This document shows positions 17,603-22,468 of a stretch of DNA of 22,468 nucleotides, in pieces. The notes beneath the pieces are model-generated. The model did not search any database. It saw only the letters and a program-made list of their open reading frames with translations, and was not told the DNA's origin. Source of the stretch: Candidatus Helarchaeota archaeon (GTDB lineage Archaea > Asgardarchaeota > Lokiarchaeia > Helarchaeales > RDOG01); the NCBI GenBank assembly GCA_029838215.1, contig JALGVI010000059.1:1-22468 (forward strand), written 5' to 3'. Numbering within the stretch: position 1 is the first letter of the stretch; every line of letters begins with the position of its first letter. The position numbers and the translations under genes were made by a program.

Positions 17603-17720
17603 AGCCCGGTAGTGTAGTGGCCAAATCACGCGGCCTGCGTGAGACTAGTCATCGAGGGCTCTGAGCGAATTTCTCGAGAGAAACCCTTGGACCACGGTTC
17701 GAATCCGTGCCGGGCTACCA
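17603..17720 (+). tRNA. tRNA-Gln(CUG) with two introns (21/22: 17625-17648; 37/38: 17665-17682)
   Basis: Acceptor AGCCCGG/CCGGGCT + A + CCA; T-arm CACGG-TTCGAAT-CCGTG; anticodon stem GAGGG/CCCTT; anticodon CTG at 17661-17663. Removing 24 + 18 nt gives a canonical 76-nt tRNA, and both introns show BHB/BHL geometry. Confidence 0.88.
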
Positions 17721-17721
17721 A

Positions 17722-17727
17722 TTTTTT
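17722..17727 (+). terminator. Oligo-T terminator of the tRNA
   Basis: T6 lies 1 nt after the CCA end. Confidence 0.55.
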
Positions 17728-18015
17728 AAAACTCTGTTAGAAAGAATTTTAGGTCGAGGAAAATTCGCCATGATGAAAGCAATAGCTTCTTTTTTCGTGC
17801 AGAATTCTGCTTGATCTCATGGGAACTGTTTCTGCTGATAATGATGCCATCCGATTCAATCCAAGCATGATGCTTCAACAATACTTAAATTAAAGAATCA
17901 AGTTATCTCAATATATTGAATTAGAATCAAGTCAATTTCGAAAATGAAAAAATTTCGAACGTGGAAGCACTTCTAAAGAAAGTTTCTGGATTCGTCATGA
18001 TTTATAGGTGATTTA

Positions 18016-18651
18016 ATGGTAGAAATTTACAGCGTATTACCGAATGGCGAAACAACATTTGTAACCACTCCAACCGTTCAAGATGCGTTAGATAGTGAAG
18101 CTGTTCTCATAATTATAGACGACGACACGCGTCTCATCTATTTATGGAAAGGTCAAAAATGTTCCGTAGCCAAGAAATTCATTGGTGCCCGGACTTCCCA
18201 ACAAGTGCGGGGCGCTCGCGGTTTGATGTATAAGGTTTTGCCCGTGGACGAAGGTGAAGAACCGAACGAATTTATGGCTATTAGACAAAAGGAAGTAGCA
18301 CAGAGTCCCGATCAACGATTTGCTCGACCCGAAGTGGCAGATGATGCTGAAGCCGCAAAACTGGGTGCACCTCCAACTGCAGCTCCGAAAGGATTATCAG
18401 AAGATTTGAAGAAGCAATTATCTGAAGAACCCTTGCCTGATGGATTTGAACAAGAGTCTGTCATCGTGGGCACTGATCTTTATGGCGTGGCAAAATCAAC
18501 AGCCAAAATTCTGGGGAAAGAAGTGACAAAGAGCGAATTCATGAAGACCGAACTCCCTGATGGCACTATTTTTGATCCCGCTTATGGTCTACGTTTCTTG
18601 ATAAAAAGTGGGAAAGTAGCCGCCATTGAATTGTTGAAAAGAAAGAGTTGA
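18016..18651 (+). CDS. Gelsolin/villin-like single-domain protein with Pro/Ala linker and uncharacterised C-terminal domain
   Basis: ALDSEAVLIIIDDDTRLIYLWKGQKCSVAKKFIGART...VLPVDEGEEPNEF fits the gelsolin-repeat pattern. Linker is GAPPTAAP. GGTGA RBS upstream. Confidence 0.8.
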   Translation: MVEIYSVLPNGETTFVTTPTVQDALDSEAVLIIIDDDTRLIYLWKGQKCSVAKKFIGARTSQQVRGARGLMYKVLPVDEGEEPNEFMAIRQKEVAQSPDQRFARPEVADDAEAAKLGAPPTAAPKGLSEDLKKQLSEEPLPDGFEQESVIVGTDLYGVAKSTAKILGKEVTKSEFMKTELPDGTIFDPAYGLRFLIKSGKVAAIELLKRKS

Positions 18652-18911
18652 TGAAAATGTCCCAGCAATTAGATGAAATCTTGAAGGAAGACCTTCCAGA
18701 AGGTTATGAACGAGAAGGTGTTGTCATCCCTCCCGTTTTCTACGCAGTAACCGAGAAAAAAACAATGGTCTTGGGAAAAGAAGTCGTGAAAAAAGAAATT
18801 GAAAGGCAAGATGACCTCCCCGAAGGGTTTATTTTTTCTGCTGACTATACTCCACGACTCTACATTAAAGGTGGCAAAGTCGTAGCCGTTGAAATTCTCA
18901 AGAAAGTGTAA
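18651..18911 (+). CDS. Stand-alone paralogue of the C-terminal domain of the upstream gelsolin-like protein
   Basis: Ungapped-to-one-gap alignment gives about 31/70 identities by hand (LP.G.E.E.V...Y.V...LGKEV.K.E...LP.G.IF...Y..R..IK.GKV.A.E.LK). TGATG stop/start overlap. Confidence 0.85.
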   Translation: MKMSQQLDEILKEDLPEGYEREGVVIPPVFYAVTEKKTMVLGKEVVKKEIERQDDLPEGFIFSADYTPRLYIKGGKVVAVEILKKV

Positions 18912-18949
18912 TTTCTTCTCTTTTTATCATTTTTTTCGTTTTTTTATCA

Positions 18950-19705
18950 TTATTCCATTTCAATTGATCTATCGAATACATATAGACTTGTTGCTAACAT
19001 GCCAAAGAAAAAAAACAACAGCCCTATCAAGTCAAAGATTGAAAATAATTGACCTCCCAGTAGGAACCGTAAAAGGTTCACGCTAAAACTGAGCGGATTC
19101 AAGCCGGCAATGATCGCAAATGGTGGCAAAAAATTTAGGATGAATTGGGGATAATACACGGTTGATGCAAACATGAAGAAAAGGCTAATGATGGAGCGAA
19201 ATAACATGTATTTTTCGTGATTCTTTATGATCAGTCCAAAAATTATGGAAAAACCAGAAATACTGGCTGCCGTTATGAAAATTAGAAGAATTGCCAGAAA
19301 GAAAATGCCCGGGTGAAACGCCTGATAAGCGAGTAGAGCCACAATTAAAGCAGGAAAGGAGAAAGTGAGACTTCGTAAACCGCCTGCAAGAAGTCGACCC
19401 GTGATTAAAGTCAATCGTTTCACGGGCAAGGAAAGCAAATATCCCTGCATTCCAAATAATTTTTCCGAATTTAATTCCTGTCCCAATATCATTGAAGTGG
19501 CAAAAACGGACGTGATGGTTATTCCTGGAGCTAAAAAGGCAAAATAATTGAATCCCACGACCAAGTTATTTAAACTCAGAGCAAGAATGATCAAATCCGT
19601 GATGTTCATCAGCATCAAGCCAACGACCCACCACGTATAATGACTGAAATTACGTATGTCACGTTCAATTACAATGAGCAAGCCGCGAAAATCTTTCATG
19701 TTCAT
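18950..19705 (-). CDS. ABC-2 type transporter permease
   Basis: Six TM helices; YFAFLAPG, YLLSLPVKRLTLITGRLLAG, FASTVYYP, and LNPLSFSVNLLR. Confidence 0.88.
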   Translation of the reverse strand: MNMKDFRGLLIVIERDIRNFSHYTWWVVGLMLMNITDLIILALSLNNLVVGFNYFAFLAPGITITSVFATSMILGQELNSEKLFGMQGYLLSLPVKRLTLITGRLLAGGLRSLTFSFPALIVALLAYQAFHPGIFFLAILLIFITAASISGFSIIFGLIIKNHEKYMLFRSIISLFFMFASTVYYPQFILNFLPPFAIIAGLNPLSFSVNLLRFLLGGQLFSIFDLIGLLFFFFGMLATSLYVFDRSIEME

Positions 19706-19709
19706 GATC

Positions 19710-20456
19710 TCAACTCGCTTGAATTCTCGATTTGAATGCTTTATAACTCACGATGAAAAGAATGATGGAAATGGCAGAAATGAAGAGAAATGATGAAAAG
19801 AGGAAGAGCGGCATTTCGAGCCCAAGTCCCCAACGATATATGCTCGCTAAATGAGAGAGAGGATTAAAATATGAAGCTGGACGGATCCAGAGTGGAATGG
19901 CAAATTGCGGATAGTATATCGTGGAAATTTTGATGAGAAATGCATCTATAGTCCCAATGATGATGTCAATCTTTTGTGCAGAATGAATGGCAGAACCCAA
20001 AACTATTGCAAAACCCGTTGCACCCAAAACAAATAGATAAAGAAAACCGAGTGCTATGAGCATGTTTGGCACGTTTAAAGTGGTTCCGCTTAAAATGACA
20101 GAGATTAAGATGATCGGTCCTACATATACAAATACGGTAACTGAAGTCCCTATCGTTCGTCCGAGTAAATATTCCGTTCTGGAAACAGGCAGGCTTAAAA
20201 GATATTCGAAGACGTGCGTGTTGTGTTCTCCACTCAATCTGTGTGCAATCACCATTGAACTGGTCCATAGCGTCAGGACTACCATCCCTGAGGAATAAAA
20301 CGCCGTGTAATTTAGAAATGGGATCAAGAGATTTAGAATGGAGGAATATATGAAAATTAAAACGAAATAACCCAAATACTGCGTTAACACGTAAACCTTA
20401 TTGCTGAAAAGGAGTTTTAAGTCTCGGAGCGCTATGTAAAAGATTTTTTTAATCAT
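19710..20456 (-). CDS. ABC-2 type transporter permease
   Basis: Six TM helices; EYLLSLPVSRTEYLLGR, ISTIYYP, and FNPLSHLASIYR. 4 nt from the partner permease. Confidence 0.88.
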   Translation of the reverse strand: MIKKIFYIALRDLKLLFSNKVYVLTQYLGYFVLIFIYSSILNLLIPFLNYTAFYSSGMVVLTLWTSSMVIAHRLSGEHNTHVFEYLLSLPVSRTEYLLGRTIGTSVTVFVYVGPIILISVILSGTTLNVPNMLIALGFLYLFVLGATGFAIVLGSAIHSAQKIDIIIGTIDAFLIKISTIYYPQFAIPLWIRPASYFNPLSHLASIYRWGLGLEMPLFLFSSFLFISAISIILFIVSYKAFKSRIQAS

Positions 20457-20738
20457 TTCGAATCATCTAATGAAGAAACGATTTTTATTACCAATCACAT
20501 TCATCTCATCATCCAAGTTTGAAAAATATTTTGAAAAAAGAAAGTTCTTTCAAAAAGTGCAATTTTTAGAGATTTTTTTAACACAATGAATTAGTTATAA
20601 TGAAATCTTTCTTAATTCGCTTTCAAACATGATTTAAACCTGCCCATAAGTATTTATTTGACTTAGACCTAAATTCTATTTCTGCTACAGTTATCTACAA
20701 TGCTATCCTTAATCAAATATAATTGAGGTTTTCCGAAA

Positions 20739-21110
20739 ATGTCAAGAATTGCTTTTCAAAAAGATGAAATGACAAAAATCGAAGAAGATTTCAAGAAGAT
20801 TCCGTTGGACGAAGGAACAATGGAACGAATCTCTCAAATGGCTGTTTTTTTCCACGATATCTTTCCCAGCTTGACTCTCATGTGTACAAAAGGGACGATA
20901 TTATTGTCTTTGAAGGAATGGCAAATGAAAAATAAAATTCGTGTCGATGATATTCCAAACCTGCCACGTGCTAAAATGCAAAAGGCAGTCGCGGATATCA
21001 ACGTTATGGTAAAAGAACGAATCAAGAAACTGGTACTGAGAAAAGAAGATGAGGCAAAAGTTGAGGAAATTTTTGCAGAAGCATTAGAAAAAGCGTTGAA
21101 AATGTATTAA
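20739..21110 (+). CDS. Hypothetical helical protein (123 aa)
   Basis: Clean ORF with GAGGT RBS about 9 nt upstream and a downstream T-tract. No family recognised. Confidence 0.75.
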   Translation: MSRIAFQKDEMTKIEEDFKKIPLDEGTMERISQMAVFFHDIFPSLTLMCTKGTILLSLKEWQMKNKIRVDDIPNLPRAKMQKAVADINVMVKERIKKLVLRKEDEAKVEEIFAEALEKALKMY

Positions 21111-21237
21111 ACTTGGTTACTTCGTCGTAAAGAGGGAACATCACTTTTTTTTACCTTTGAATCATACAAAATATCAAATTAAAAATAAAAGGAATGATTG
21201 ACTAGTAAATTACTTTAGACATGAAAGGAGTGGTTTC

Positions 21238-22266
21238 ATGGCAGATATTATCATTCTCATTAATGAAAACTCCGAGTTTAACGTGACTAATTTGGCTTCC
21301 AAATTAAAATCGGAGATCGTTGAATATTTTGGATCCGAATTTAAGACTAAAGATCCCGTGGTTTACATAGAAAGAGACGAAGTTGCACGATTGAAGGGGA
21401 AGACAATTGTTTACGTGCAAAGCCTTTATCCCGACACGGGAAGTCGGATTAACGATTTTAATTTTACCCTTGATCTTTTATTCGGAAAGGATCGGAAAGG
21501 CAAGAGAAAAATCGAATTCAAGAATTTAATCATATTTTTTCCGGTTTCCACCTTTCTGCGAAGTGATGCTCGTTTTTTTGATGCCCAGCCCGATAAATTA
21601 TATGCCAACGCCATTAATGTATTTGGAAAGTACTTGAAGCCATATCTTGAAGCATTTCCTAATAAGATTATCGGAATAATCACGATTGATGCTCATTTAC
21701 ACCGCTACAACTTGAAACAACTTTCTGATGCTTTTGGCGTTTCCGTGTATGATATTTCTGCCATTCCCGCATTGTCCGAAGTTTTATTGGATAACATTTC
21801 GGATGTCAGCACTCCGATTCTCATCGCCCCTGATGAAGAAGCCGAACAATGGGCAAAACAGATGCAGGAAATTCTTGAGAAAAAGTTCGAACAGGTAAAC
21901 GTGATCCAGCTTTACAAGCATCGTTTTGGTGATGGCGATGTTTCCATTTCACAATCTGAGCAATTCACTCACGTGACAGGGAAAACCGTGATCATTTATG
22001 ATGACATGGTCGGAACCGGCGGCACGTTAATCAGGACGATTGAACGCGTGAAGGAGCACGACCCACACGACATCATAATATTAACAACTCACATGTATCC
22101 AATGGGAATGGAACGATTGCTAAAGCAAGAAATCGTCTCCTTGATCATCACGACTAATACAATCAATCAAATGACGACATCTCGAAAAGTCAAGACTGTA
22201 TCATTAGGGAGACCGGTTGCCGAAATGGTACTTAAGATAATCAAAGAGCATTCGACTAATTCTTAG
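21238..22266 (+). CDS. prs: Ribose-phosphate pyrophosphokinase-like protein, divergent
   Basis: YVQS, ITIDAH, IAPDEEAEQWA, YKHR, IIYDDMVGTGGTL, TTH, and ITTNTI map onto PRPP synthetase motifs. GGAG RBS upstream. Confidence 0.78.
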   Translation: MADIIILINENSEFNVTNLASKLKSEIVEYFGSEFKTKDPVVYIERDEVARLKGKTIVYVQSLYPDTGSRINDFNFTLDLLFGKDRKGKRKIEFKNLIIFFPVSTFLRSDARFFDAQPDKLYANAINVFGKYLKPYLEAFPNKIIGIITIDAHLHRYNLKQLSDAFGVSVYDISAIPALSEVLLDNISDVSTPILIAPDEEAEQWAKQMQEILEKKFEQVNVIQLYKHRFGDGDVSISQSEQFTHVTGKTVIIYDDMVGTGGTLIRTIERVKEHDPHDIIILTTHMYPMGMERLLKQEIVSLIITTNTINQMTTSRKVKTVSLGRPVAEMVLKIIKEHSTNS

Positions 22267-22289
22267 CAATGCTCGTGATGAAAGCTGAT

Positions 22290-22466
22290 TTACCTCGGCG
22301 TGAAATAATCCGTCGGCTTCATTCTATACGTGTATTGATAATTTGAATCATTAAAGAATAGTCTTTGTCCTTTTTTAAAGATATAGGGAACGCGCTTTTC
22401 CATTGCCAATTTATAGAAGCTTTGCTTGCTTCTCATGCGTATGCCCGGTTGTGAATTGCCATAAAA
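22290..22466 (-). CDS. Possible 3' end of a gene entering from the right edge
   Basis: Only minus frame open from the edge to TAA at 22292-22290: FYGNSQPGIRMRSKQSFYKLAMEKRVPYIFKKGQRLFFNDSNYQYTYRMKPTDYFTPR. Convergent with prs, gap 23 nt. Confidence 0.4.
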   Translation of the reverse strand, partial: FYGNSQPGIRMRSKQSFYKLAMEKRVPYIFKKGQRLFFNDSNYQYTYRMKPTDYFTPR

Positions 22467-22468
22467 CA

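Noticed and set aside
17730-17880. Short 39-50 codon minus-strand frames between the tRNA and the gelsolin gene
   Set aside because: No RBS, motif or membrane signature, and the length is within chance expectation.
17603-18015. tRNA as an integration site for an island
   Set aside because: No integrase and no duplicated tRNA 3' end within the window.
15288-20456. Possible peptide toxin/immunity system (microprotein + DUF1648/SdpI-like protein + ABC-2 permeases + CAAX protease)
   Set aside because: The genes are dispersed, in different orientations and interrupted by unrelated genes. There is no operon evidence or leader-peptide motif.
1-22468. CRISPR array, rRNA or long tandem DNA repeats
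   Set aside because: No regularly spaced direct repeats or rRNA-like segments were seen. The repeats found are protein-level or short.

Overview
Gene-dense, AT-rich archaeal window, most likely from an Asgard archaeon (Loki/Hel-like). This is inferred from a gelsolin-domain gene, an intron-containing archaeal tRNA-Gln(A1-U72) and the mix of gene families; no database search was possible. From left to right it holds: a heavily N-glycosylated 7-repeat beta-propeller membrane protein coupled to a multi-wHTH regulator; a CPBP/CAAX protease; a DUF3786-like protein; a radical SAM enzyme; an unexplained GC-rich structured element; an HTH-V4R-like regulator divergent from a tight SCP2 / acetoacetate-decarboxylase-like / FAD oxidoreductase / CCG Fe-S / unknown-protein operon; a tiny internally deleted IS607-like element (tnpA start fused in frame to tnpB end); a second FAD oxidoreductase and a GNAT; an unannotated 37-aa membrane peptide; a HAD hydrolase; a PH+DUF1648 membrane protein; a tRNA-Gln(CUG) with two introns; a gelsolin-domain protein followed by a stand-alone paralogue of its own C-terminal domain; two ABC-2 permeases without an ATPase; a hypothetical protein; and a divergent PRPP-synthetase-like gene. 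Best leads: the gelsolin plus free-domain pair, the double-intron tRNA, the mini-IS607 with possible omegaRNA, the structured element at 6181-6290, and the SCP2 lipid-catabolism operon.
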